54,158 nucleotides of DNA, taken from assembly GCA_005792635.1 (NCBI GenBank), contig SXRF01000102.1, positions 1 to 54,158 on the forward strand, written 5' to 3'. The position numbers and the translations under genes are program-made. The notes beneath the pieces were generated by a model. The model was not told the origin of the DNA, did not search any database, and was given only the letters and a program-made list of their open reading frames with translations. The DNA comes from Rickettsiales bacterium. GTDB lineage: Bacteria; Pseudomonadota; Alphaproteobacteria; Rickettsiales; SXRF01. Shown one piece after another: positions 1-8,161 of the stretch. How positions within the stretch are numbered: the first letter of the stretch is position 1; every line of letters begins with the position of its first letter.

Positions 1-738
1 CGCGCCGTCGAACTCTCCTGCGCCTGCATCCCCCATGAAGTGGGCGAGCCATGTGCCACCGGCCAGTCCTCCTTGCAGTTGCATGGGGTTTTTGCCGGTT
101 TCACCTGCCCAATAGGATAACGGAGATCCGCACAGCACGGTCGGGCCGACCAGCCCCTCGCAGTCGGCGGCGAGCAGCGCCAGCATCCAACCGGCCTGAC
201 AGTTTCCGTATAATATGGGCGGCATATCGTCGTGCTGTGCTTTTACATGCTCGGCAAAACGCCTGAGTGCCGCCAGCACATCCTGAATGGTCTGGTGCGG
301 CTCCGGCTTCGGGTAGAAAATCACGAAGTAAACCGGATGTCCCTGGTGCAACGCGATGCCTACCTCTGATTCACGCTTAAAACCGCCAATGCCAGGGCCA
401 TGACCGGCGCGTGGATCAACAATGATTACAGGGGGCTTTGCCGGGTCAAGGCAATCTTCGAGACATGCATCCCCATATTGCGTGATTTTCAGCAGCGCGT
501 AGTTGCACGGCTTCTCGAACGTCCGCGCATCCAAAACCATCTCAGATTCAAAATTGAGTACGGGCGGCAGCCCTTCGCGCTCATGCTCCAGAAAATTATC
601 GGCTCGCTTGCGAATCGCGTCCCAAAACAATATCGAGCGTTGAAAGCTATCAACGGCATGAGCAAACGGCGTATCTGCCAGCGGATGAGCAACGGATTCT
701 GTTGCTTCGGATACCGCTTCCGGCGCAGCAATATTCAT
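1..738 (-). CDS. DUF3141-like alpha/beta-hydrolase-fold (PHA-synthase-like) protein, N-terminal 246 aa; continues beyond the window edge
   Basis: Absent from the ORF track because it is open at the window edge. Hand translation from ATG 738 gives MNIAAPEAVSEATES...VDPRAGHGPGIGGFK...LYGNCQAGWMLALLA... with no stop down to position 1. It has a Cys nucleophile-elbow-like G-N-C-Q-A-G. The family assignment is from memory and is not verified. Confidence 0.5.
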   Translation of the reverse strand, partial: MNIAAPEAVSEATESVAHPLADTPFAHAVDSFQRSILFWDAIRKRADNFLEHEREGLPPVLNFESEMVLDARTFEKPCNYALLKITQYGDACLEDCLDPAKPPVIIVDPRAGHGPGIGGFKRESEVGIALHQGHPVYFVIFYPKPEPHQTIQDVLAALRRFAEHVKAQHDDMPPILYGNCQAGWMLALLAADCEGLVGPTVLCGSPLSYWAGETGKNPMQLQGGLAGGTWLAHFMGDAGAGEFDGA

Positions 739-815
739 AACCTTTACCGCAGAATGCTTGGTTTTATGCAGGGTTGCTTGGGCGCGCTGTTTTGGCTTCG
801 TGGCGTGTTTTGGCA

Positions 816-2627
816 TTAGGCGGCCTCCTTCGTATCAGGGGTTTTAAGGCAACAAGATCGCGTGGGCATTTCGGCAGGCATATGGCAGCGGGTAATGTGC
901 GCCGCGCAGCCCTCCGCCGGAGCATAAATAAGCTCACCGCTGCCACTGTGCTCGATATGGGCGGCATTGGCTTCATCCGTATCGATGTGCATTTCTGTTA
1001 TAACATGCGGGTCAACGCGAATCACAACATGGTGGAACGATAAGTCGCGCTCACCGCCGCGTATCGTTACTTCCACCTCGTCACCGTGCCGAAGGCCTTG
1101 TGCCTCAGCGTCTTTGCTGTTCATATGGATGTGTCGCTTGGCAACAATCACTCCATTCGTTTGAATGCTCCCAGTTGCACCACGCAGAATGACGACAGGC
1201 GTTCTGGCTACATCGCCCGACAAGCGTATCGGCGCATCCACACCGATCTTAAAGGCTTCGGTTTCGGCGATCTCAATCTGATTGGCATCGCGGCAAGGGC
1301 CGAGAACACGCACACCCTTAATTTCACCGCGTGGGCCGATGACATCTACTATTTCCTCCGCTGCCCAAAATCCTGGTTGGCTTAACGCTTTGCGTATCTT
1401 CAGCTGGTGGCCATTGCCAAATAGCTGTTCTACCGCCGCCTGAGTTAAATGGGCATGGTGTGCCGATACCGCAACGGGGATCGACAGCATGGGCTGGGGT
1501 TCTTTTTGTTCAAGCGCCAGTATGCGCGCCGTTTCCTTGGCAATCATCCACTGTTCCCGCGTTTGGGTGACTATCACCTTAACCCGCGAATGATCTGCCT
1601 GAATCTGCGGTGCTTCAGAATCCGTAAGGCGCACGTTGATGTTTTTATCGTCATCAAAATCCAAACCAAGATAGTCCAACCGCTCGCAAATGCGTTTACG
1701 CATCGAGGCGGAATTTTCGCCGATGCCTCCTGTAAAAGCGATGACATCGACTCCACCCATGACTCCTGCGTAGGCGGCAATATATTTGCGCGCGCGGTAG
1801 GCATAAACTTGAATGGCAAGCTGTGCGTCTTTGTGGCCTTCCGCCGCGTTTTTCTCAATATCCCGCATGTCCCGCCCCAAGCCTGAAAGTGCCGTTAATC
1901 CGCTCTCATGGTAAAGCGCCGACTCGATCTGCTCGATGGAAAGGCCAAGCGTCCGGTTGAGATACGCAAACATGCCGGGATCGACATCGCCGGAACGTGT
2001 ACCCATCACCAATCCTTCGAGTGAGGTCATGCCCATCGAATTATCGACCGACACGCCGCGCTCAATGGCGCATACGCTGGCGCCGTTGCCCAGGTGACAG
2101 CTGATAATGCGAAGATCTGATGCTGAAGTCTTCAGTTCTTCTGCCACACGCAGCATGACGTATTTATGCGACGTGCCATGAAAGCCATAACGCCTGAATC
2201 CGGCTTTGCGCCATTTTTCCGGCACGGCATAGGACGTGGCGCGATCCGGCATGGTTTGATGAAACGCGGTATCAAATACCGCCACCTGCGGCAGCTGCGG
2301 CCATAATGTCCCCGCCAAGCGTATGGCTGCCAATGCTGGCGGATTATGGAGCGGCGCCAGTGGAACGCAAGACTCGATATCCTTGATAACCTCGGCATTG
2401 ATGACTTGCGGATCGCGGAATTTAGCGCCGCCATGCGCCACACGATGGCCTATGGCATCAAACGAACGGACGCCTTCATTCTCAAGCACCGCAGGAATAT
2501 GCTTAACGGCTTGCTCCACCGAGTCAGCCCGCTCCATTTCGGACTTGAATAGCTGCTGGTTATTCGCCGTATCGAATACGGCGAACTTTACCGATGAACT
2601 ACCCGCATTGATGGTGAGAACGCGCAT
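816..2627 (-). CDS. Acetate/propionate kinase fused to a PduL-type phosphotransacylase
   Basis: 603-aa ORF. The N-terminal ~385 aa are AckA-like (MRVLTINAGSSSVKFAVFD, HLGNGASV, FTGGIGENS). The C-terminal ~200 aa carry two PduL/PTAC-like repeats (IPVAVSAHHAHLTQAAVEQLFG and VIVAKRHIHMNSKDAEAQGL). Confidence 0.85.
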   Translation of the reverse strand: MRVLTINAGSSSVKFAVFDTANNQQLFKSEMERADSVEQAVKHIPAVLENEGVRSFDAIGHRVAHGGAKFRDPQVINAEVIKDIESCVPLAPLHNPPALAAIRLAGTLWPQLPQVAVFDTAFHQTMPDRATSYAVPEKWRKAGFRRYGFHGTSHKYVMLRVAEELKTSASDLRIISCHLGNGASVCAIERGVSVDNSMGMTSLEGLVMGTRSGDVDPGMFAYLNRTLGLSIEQIESALYHESGLTALSGLGRDMRDIEKNAAEGHKDAQLAIQVYAYRARKYIAAYAGVMGGVDVIAFTGGIGENSASMRKRICERLDYLGLDFDDDKNINVRLTDSEAPQIQADHSRVKVIVTQTREQWMIAKETARILALEQKEPQPMLSIPVAVSAHHAHLTQAAVEQLFGNGHQLKIRKALSQPGFWAAEEIVDVIGPRGEIKGVRVLGPCRDANQIEIAETEAFKIGVDAPIRLSGDVARTPVVILRGATGSIQTNGVIVAKRHIHMNSKDAEAQGLRHGDEVEVTIRGGERDLSFHHVVIRVDPHVITEMHIDTDEANAAHIEHSGSGELIYAPAEGCAAHITRCHMPAEMPTRSCCLKTPDTKEAA

Positions 2628-2628
2628 G

Positions 2629-2904
2629 TCAATCGCCGATGCTGCCGCTGCAATGGTAGTGCGGGCCGTTGCCTTCCATTGTCATTTTGAAGTCATAGGC
2701 ATGTTCGTAATGCCCCATGAAGAAATACTTGGCGGCGTAATAGACGGTGCAGGCAGTGCTTCCGATGCCGAAAACCAGCAGAAGGACGCCAGCAGCCTTG
2801 ACCAATTTTGCCTTATGCTGCGCTGCGTAATGTAGTGCTACCAGTCCGCCCGCAGCGGCCAGAACTGCCAGAATCATTGCAATATGCATCATGAACATAG
2901 CCAT
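2629..2904 (-). CDS. Small hydrophobic membrane protein, unknown function
   Basis: ORF 2629..2934, with the start re-set to ATG 2904 (MAMFMMHIAMILAV...). That ATG is preceded by GGAGG and lies 1 nt after the fabI stop. Two or three hydrophobic segments; the stop is 1 nt before the ackA-pduL ATG. Confidence 0.5.
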   Translation of the reverse strand: MAMFMMHIAMILAVLAAAGGLVALHYAAQHKAKLVKAAGVLLLVFGIGSTACTVYYAAKYFFMGHYEHAYDFKMTMEGNGPHYHCSGSIGD

Positions 2905-2905
2905 A

Positions 2906-3676
2906 TTAACCTCCGATAATGTTGTAGCCTGCATCGACGTAAGCGATGCTGCCGGTAACTAACCGTGCTTCGTCGCTTACTAAAAACCGTGCATACGCCC
3001 CGACGCACTCGATGCAGACCGTTTCATGCTGGGGTGATTTCTGGCGGGCTGCATCCAGCAACTCGTCAAAGTCGTTTATTCCGCTGGCGGCGCGGGTCAT
3101 GATGGGGCCGGGTGACAGCGCATTTACGCGGATGCCTTTGCTGCCGAACTCCGCCGCCAGATAGCGCACTGTGCTCTCAAGTGCTGACTTTACCGGCCCC
3201 ATCAGCCCATAATTCGGCACTACTTTTTCCGCTCCGTAATAGCTGGTAGTAAGCAGACAGCCGCCATGCCGCATTAAGGCCTCGGCGTGGTGCGCCATGC
3301 GGATAAACGAGTAACATGACACGTCCATCGCCTCCAGAAATCCTGCACGCGAAGCATCGGCGATGCGCCCATGCAAATCCTTCCTGGGGGCATAGGCGAT
3401 CGCGTGCAGCAAGAAATCGAACTTTCCCCAATGCTGCCCGATGGCGTAAAATACGGCATCAATCTGCTCGTCATTCCGAACATCGAGCGGCATAATCAGC
3501 GGCGCGTTAATTTGTTCTGCCAGCGGACGTACATGAGGCTCTGCCTTCTCGTTCAGATAAGTCACTGCAAGCTCCGCTCCGGCATCATGAAAGGCTTTAG
3601 CGCAGCCCCATGCAATCGATTGAGCATTGGCAATGCCCACCACCAGTCCCTTTTTGCCGGAGAGTACGCCGCTCAT
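2906..3676 (-). CDS. fabI: Enoyl-ACP reductase (NADH), FabI
   Basis: 256 aa. The N-terminus LSGKKGLVVGIANAQSIAWGCAKA and the overall SDR/FabI pattern are typical of FabI. Confidence 0.9.
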   Translation of the reverse strand: MSGVLSGKKGLVVGIANAQSIAWGCAKAFHDAGAELAVTYLNEKAEPHVRPLAEQINAPLIMPLDVRNDEQIDAVFYAIGQHWGKFDFLLHAIAYAPRKDLHGRIADASRAGFLEAMDVSCYSFIRMAHHAEALMRHGGCLLTTSYYGAEKVVPNYGLMGPVKSALESTVRYLAAEFGSKGIRVNALSPGPIMTRAASGINDFDELLDAARQKSPQHETVCIECVGAYARFLVSDEARLVTGSIAYVDAGYNIIGG

Positions 3677-3894
3677 TGATGACCTCCGTGGTGATCGCTG
3701 TCACAATGATCGAGCCGGTATCCGTTAGCCGTGCATTCAAAATCATGTCCTGCGTCATGCCGCTGGCCGCTGCTCATGTCATGCCCGCGATGCACCTCAT
3801 TGTTCCAGAATTGCTGGTGCGTGTATTTTCCGTCATGAACTTTCTCGGCGCACCCGCTCAACAAAATTGGAATGATGAGGAAAGCGCCGCGCAT
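3673..3894 (-). CDS. Small His-rich lipoprotein, unknown function
   Basis: 73 aa with lipobox LLSGC. The mature part is rich in His, Asp and Cys (HRGHDMSSGQRHDAGHDFEC...DHCDSDHHGGHQ). It overlaps the fabI start by ATGA and starts 1 nt after the copB stop. Confidence 0.55.
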   Translation of the reverse strand: MRGAFLIIPILLSGCAEKVHDGKYTHQQFWNNEVHRGHDMSSGQRHDAGHDFECTANGYRLDHCDSDHHGGHQ

Positions 3895-3895
3895 G

Positions 3896-6022
3896 TCATT
3901 TCCCCAATTTCAGGCTTTTCGCATTCACCGCGCAGATAATGGTGCTGCCCGCCATAAAGATCGCGGCCAGCGCAGGGTTAAGAACAATACCATAGCCGGT
4001 GTACAGCACACCCGCCGCCAACGGGATAGCAACCGTGTTGTAGCCGGTCGCCCATAGCAGATTCTGGATCATCTTGCTGTAGGTGGCGCGGGCAAGACCG
4101 ATGATCGCCACCACATCCAGCGGGTTGCTCTTTACCAACACGATATCGGCGGTTTCGATCGCCACATCCGTGCCTGCACCGATGGCGATGCCGACATCGG
4201 ATTGCGCCAGGGCTGGCGCGTCATTCACGCCGTCTCCCGTCATGGCGACTGTCAGGCCTCGCTGCTGTACTTCCTTAATTTTTGCGGCTTTTTCGTGCGG
4301 CAACACTTCCGCAATAGCTTCATCAAGGCCAATTTCCTTCGCTACCCAATCCGCCACCTGTTTATTGTCGCCGGTGAGCATGATGCAGCGTATACCCATT
4401 TCCTTGAGCCGCTGCATGGCTTCCTTCGATTCCGGCCGGATGATGTCAGCCAGCGCAATGGCACCTTTCAACTGATTATCAATCAGCACGAAAATTACGG
4501 TTTTGCCTTGGCCGGATAGTTCTTTGTAGCGCGGATCGTCCATCGGGATATTTTGTTCGCGTAAGTATCCGGGGCTAACAGCTTTGACGTTCCTGCCATT
4601 CACCGTGCCTTCCGCACCTTTGCCGGGGATCGCCCTGAAGTTCTCCACCTCCCACTTCTCGCTGGAGGATTTCACGATGCCTTTGGCGATCGGATGCTCG
4701 GAATGCGCTTCTACCGAGGCCGCATATGCCACCAGCTCTTCCTGCTTCATGCCGGCATCAAACAGCAGCACATCGGTGATGCCGAATTCGCCCTTTGTCA
4801 GCGTGCCGGTTTTATCGAAAATAATCGCCTGGATATTGCGGGCGGCTTCAAACGCGGTGCGGTCGCGGATCAGCAAGCCGTTCTGCGCGGCAATGGCGGT
4901 GGAAACCGCCACCACCAGCGGCACGGCCAGACCCAGCGCATGGGGACAGGCCACCACCATGACGCTTACCATGCGTTCCAGCGCGAAAGCGAGAGGCTGG
5001 TCGCTGAAAACAAGCCATGCCACCAGCGAGCCGGTGCCGATAAAAATCGCCGCCATTGTCAGCCAGAAGGCGGCACGGTTGGCGAGGTCTTGCGTTTTGG
5101 ATTTGCTTTCCTGCGCCTGTTTGACCAGTTCAATCACCTGCGATAGGAAGGATTCGCCGCCTGTCTTTGTGACCTCGACATAGATAGAGCCTTCGCCGTT
5201 GATCGAACCGCCGATCACGTTTGCGCCCGCACCCTTCGCCACCGGCTTGGATTCGCCCGTCAGCATGGACTCATTAAGTGACGTGCTGCCCTTGATGATT
5301 TTACCATCGGCAGGCACTTTTTCGCCGGGTTTGATCAACACCTGATCGCCAAGATGCAGCTGGTCGAGCGGGACATCCTGCACACTGCCGTCCGGCATGA
5401 CTTTATGCGCTTCCGATGGCATTAGACGCGCCAGCTGCTCCAGCGCTTCGCCCGCCCCCATGACCGACTTCATCTCGATCCAGTGGCCGAACAGCATGAT
5501 ATTGACCAGCGATACCAGCTCCCAGAAGAAATCCATCCCCGGCAGTCCAAGCACGATGGCGACGCTATAGAGATAGGCAGCGGTAATGGCGATGGCGATC
5601 AGCGTCATCATCCCTGGGAGCCTGCCTTTAAGTTCGGCGACCATGCCTTTGAAAAACGGCACTCCGCCGTAAAAGAACACCACGCTGGAAAGACCGGCCA
5701 ATAGATACATATCGCCCTTGAAGCGCCAGGAGTCTCCAAGCCCCAGGAACTCCTGAATCATCGGAGATAGCGCCAGCACGGGGAACATCAGCGCAAAGCA
5801 GATCCAGAATCGCTTCTTGTAATCTTCCACCATATGCGCGTGGTCGGCGTGGCTGCCGCCGTGACAGCCGGCGCTGCTGCCATGTCCTCCCGTAGGTTTA
5901 TCATGTTTCATGGCGGCATGGTCATGATGTGCGTGAGCATTGGCGGCTTTCTGCGCCTGCTTATGCGGGCAGTCATCGCCGTGCTTGGAATGATCCTCGT
6001 GTGCTGCGTGCGAATGCGCCAT
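3896..6022 (-). CDS. copB: Heavy-metal P1B-type ATPase, CopB-like (CPH motif, His-rich N-terminus)
   Basis: Motifs DKTGTLT, TGDN and GDGVNDAP; transmembrane motif VVACPHALGLA (CPH). His-rich N-terminus MAHSHAAHEDHSKHGDD...HAHHDHAAMKHD...GSHADHAH. The start was set to ATG 6022, which overlaps the upstream stop (TAATG), rather than the track start at 6109. Confidence 0.9.
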   Translation of the reverse strand: MAHSHAAHEDHSKHGDDCPHKQAQKAANAHAHHDHAAMKHDKPTGGHGSSAGCHGGSHADHAHMVEDYKKRFWICFALMFPVLALSPMIQEFLGLGDSWRFKGDMYLLAGLSSVVFFYGGVPFFKGMVAELKGRLPGMMTLIAIAITAAYLYSVAIVLGLPGMDFFWELVSLVNIMLFGHWIEMKSVMGAGEALEQLARLMPSEAHKVMPDGSVQDVPLDQLHLGDQVLIKPGEKVPADGKIIKGSTSLNESMLTGESKPVAKGAGANVIGGSINGEGSIYVEVTKTGGESFLSQVIELVKQAQESKSKTQDLANRAAFWLTMAAIFIGTGSLVAWLVFSDQPLAFALERMVSVMVVACPHALGLAVPLVVAVSTAIAAQNGLLIRDRTAFEAARNIQAIIFDKTGTLTKGEFGITDVLLFDAGMKQEELVAYAASVEAHSEHPIAKGIVKSSSEKWEVENFRAIPGKGAEGTVNGRNVKAVSPGYLREQNIPMDDPRYKELSGQGKTVIFVLIDNQLKGAIALADIIRPESKEAMQRLKEMGIRCIMLTGDNKQVADWVAKEIGLDEAIAEVLPHEKAAKIKEVQQRGLTVAMTGDGVNDAPALAQSDVGIAIGAGTDVAIETADIVLVKSNPLDVVAIIGLARATYSKMIQNLLWATGYNTVAIPLAAGVLYTGYGIVLNPALAAIFMAGSTIICAVNAKSLKLGK

Positions 6023-6705
6023 TATGCCGCCCCTTTGTGGTGAGTCTGTTGCGGCACCGCGCCGAGGAGCGGAAAGAAACGCGGCGTTACGGCCGCATAG
6101 CGCCGCCATTCTTCACCGAATTCCTTCTCAGCGATCGCTTCCTCTTTATAGGCAAGCCGCACATACATGAAGACCAGCACAGGGAACATCACCAGCGTCG
6201 GCAGCGTCGGCCATTGCAGCAGAAAACCCAGCATGATGGCGATGAACGCCACATATTGCGGGTGGCGCATACGGGCGTAAATGCCGGTGCAAGCGAGCTT
6301 GCCGCGCCGCTGGGCTTTCCATAGCACATGCCAGCTATAGGAAAGTGCCAGGAAGCCGCCGAAGATGAAGACGTTGCTCAGGATATGGAAAATATCCCAG
6401 TGCGGATCACCTTTCATGCCGAGCAGCGTATGAATCAAATGCCCGTTATTGTGCGACAGGAAGTCCACGCCGGGATACTTACTGGCAAGCCAGCCGGAAA
6501 ACAGGTAAATCGACAGAGGAAAGCCATACATCTCGACAAAAAGCGCGATGACAAAGGCGGAAAACGCGTTAAACGTCCGCCAGTCCGTTTGGGTTCGTGG
6601 CTTATAAAAGCTGTAGGCAAAGCCGATAAAAATGATCGAGTTGAGGATGACGAGTCCCCATAGACCATAAGCCGGTACGTCGCCAGCGTGTTCCATTAGT
6701 GGCAT
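6022..6705 (-). CDS. ICMT/PEMT-family membrane methyltransferase-like protein
   Basis: 227 aa and polytopic. The C-terminal segment GIYARMRHPQYVAFIAIMLGFLL...EE..L...FGEEWRRY is typical of the isoprenylcysteine carboxyl or phospholipid methyltransferase family. An alternative start at ATG 6696 overlaps the upstream stop (TAATG). Confidence 0.75.
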   Translation of the reverse strand: MPLMEHAGDVPAYGLWGLVILNSIIFIGFAYSFYKPRTQTDWRTFNAFSAFVIALFVEMYGFPLSIYLFSGWLASKYPGVDFLSHNNGHLIHTLLGMKGDPHWDIFHILSNVFIFGGFLALSYSWHVLWKAQRRGKLACTGIYARMRHPQYVAFIAIMLGFLLQWPTLPTLVMFPVLVFMYVRLAYKEEAIAEKEFGEEWRRYAAVTPRFFPLLGAVPQQTHHKGAA

Positions 6706-7013
6706 CCTCCCTTTTTATCTTGTTTCTTCTCGGTTTCGCGTTTCTTCTTCTCTTCCGGCGTGAGCGTAGAGGTATCTTCCTCGCTGTGCTGGTGCCCACC
6801 ATGCCCACCATGTCCGCCGTGCATAAAAATGTGCATCAGCGGGCAAAGCAGGATCAGTGCGAACGGCAAATAGCCGAGCAGATGCGCGCCGTGGCCTTGG
6901 TAAATCAAAAAGCCAAGTACGGAGACTGCGACGATGGTGGCAATGCCGGTGCGTGAGAGCAGCCAGCTTTCGCCATTGCTGCCTTTCTCCGAAGGGTGAT
7001 GGGAATGTTGCAT
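6696..7013 (-). CDS. DUF2933-like small membrane protein with a GH-repeat tail
   Basis: 105 aa with two TM segments and LILLCPLMHIFMHGGHGGHGGHQH. The family name is recalled from similar metal-island proteins. Confidence 0.6.
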   Translation of the reverse strand: MQHSHHPSEKGSNGESWLLSRTGIATIVAVSVLGFLIYQGHGAHLLGYLPFALILLCPLMHIFMHGGHGGHGGHQHSEEDTSTLTPEEKKKRETEKKQDKKGGCH

Positions 7014-7034
7014 AAAGATGTTCCTTTCTATTAT

Positions 7035-7373
7035 TTATTGCGCGGGGTGATGCTGCTTATGGTCTTCAGTGCTAACGCCAGAAGGGGCGGCTTTCTTCGC
7101 CGGTGAAGATTGCATCGGCGCGCCGCTTTGCTTCATCATTTTTTGGCACTGCTGCATGTCCATTTTCATGCCGTCTTTCATCATCCCGCCATCCATCATC
7201 TTCTGACAGCATGGGCACTGGCACTGCATTTTCCCTTCTTTCATCATTTCCTGACAATTTTTCATCATATCGCCCTGCATCATCCCGCCTTGCATCATGC
7301 CGTTGCCGGAAGTGTTGGTCTGCGTGCATGCTGCAAGCAGAAGCGCAAAAGTAGTAACAATCAGTTTTTTCAT
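7035..7373 (-). CDS. Met/Cys-rich periplasmic lipoprotein (putative soft-metal binding)
   Basis: The start was set to MKKLIVTTFALLLAAC (lipobox LLAAC). The mature part reads GMMQGGMMQGDMMKNCQEMMKEGKMQCQCPCCQKMMDGGMMKDGMKMDMQQCQKMMKQ. Confidence 0.6.
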   Translation of the reverse strand: MKKLIVTTFALLLAACTQTNTSGNGMMQGGMMQGDMMKNCQEMMKEGKMQCQCPCCQKMMDGGMMKDGMKMDMQQCQKMMKQSGAPMQSSPAKKAAPSGVSTEDHKQHHPAQ

Positions 7374-7410
7374 AATATTCTCCATGTAATGAGGGGTGAA
7401 AGAAATTGTG

Positions 7411-8160
7411 TCATCTCCGCCTGTCGCCAAACAGGTGGAGGAGTTGCAGAAAGAGGTTGATAAAATCGAGGTAAAGAGTCAGCGCGCCCATGATGACGAT
7501 CTTGCCCGCCCATTCGCCTTCGTTTGAAAGCTGATAGTACAGGCTCTTGAGTTTTTGCGTGTCAAAGGCAGTGAGCCCCACGAAGACCAATACGCCGATA
7601 ATAGAAACGGCGAATTGCAGGCCGGAGCTTTTAAGAAATAGATTCACCAGTGAGGCGATAATAATGCCCCACAGCCCCATCATCATAAACGACCCAAGTC
7701 CCGTTAGGTCGCGCTTAGTGGTGTAGCCATAGAGACTCATGCCGCCGAATGTGGCAGCGGTGATAAAGAACACGCGGGTAATGCTTTCACCGGTAAAGGT
7801 TAAGAATATCGTAGAAAGTGACAGCCCCATCAACGCCGCATAAATCCAGTAGCTGATCTGCGCGGCCATTAAGCTCATGCTCCTCAGCCCAAAACTGAGA
7901 TACATAACCAAGCCAAGCGGAGCAAACATCACGATCCATGCCAGCGGCTTCATGCCGGTGATCGCATTGCCCTCGATAGTGTACATGGCACTTAAGACCG
8001 CCTCGGACTGCGAGGAGAACAGCGCGATAATGCCGGTCAGCAACAATCCGCTCGCCATGTAATTATAAATTTTCAGCATGTAAGCGCGCAAACCTGCATC
8101 GAAACCTATGGCGGTCTGGCGAGTTGTACTGCGATGAGTGTGTAGTTCCTGGTAGGCCAT
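7411..8160 (-). CDS. Bax-inhibitor-1/YccA-family membrane protein
   Basis: 249 aa with about 7 TM segments. N-terminus ...GFDAGLRAYMLKIYNYMASGLLLTG and a C-terminal charged tail, typical of the BI-1/YccA family. Confidence 0.85.
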   Translation of the reverse strand: MAYQELHTHRSTTRQTAIGFDAGLRAYMLKIYNYMASGLLLTGIIALFSSQSEAVLSAMYTIEGNAITGMKPLAWIVMFAPLGLVMYLSFGLRSMSLMAAQISYWIYAALMGLSLSTIFLTFTGESITRVFFITAATFGGMSLYGYTTKRDLTGLGSFMMMGLWGIIIASLVNLFLKSSGLQFAVSIIGVLVFVGLTAFDTQKLKSLYYQLSNEGEWAGKIVIMGALTLYLDFINLFLQLLHLFGDRRR

Positions 8161-8161
8161 G

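Noticed and set aside
6023-6109. 29-aa N-terminal extension of the CopB ORF (MAALCGRNAAFLSAPRRGAATDSPQRGGI).
   Set aside because: It lies entirely within the 3' end of the upstream ICMT-like gene. ATG 6022 gives a TAATG coupling and the expected His-rich N-terminus.
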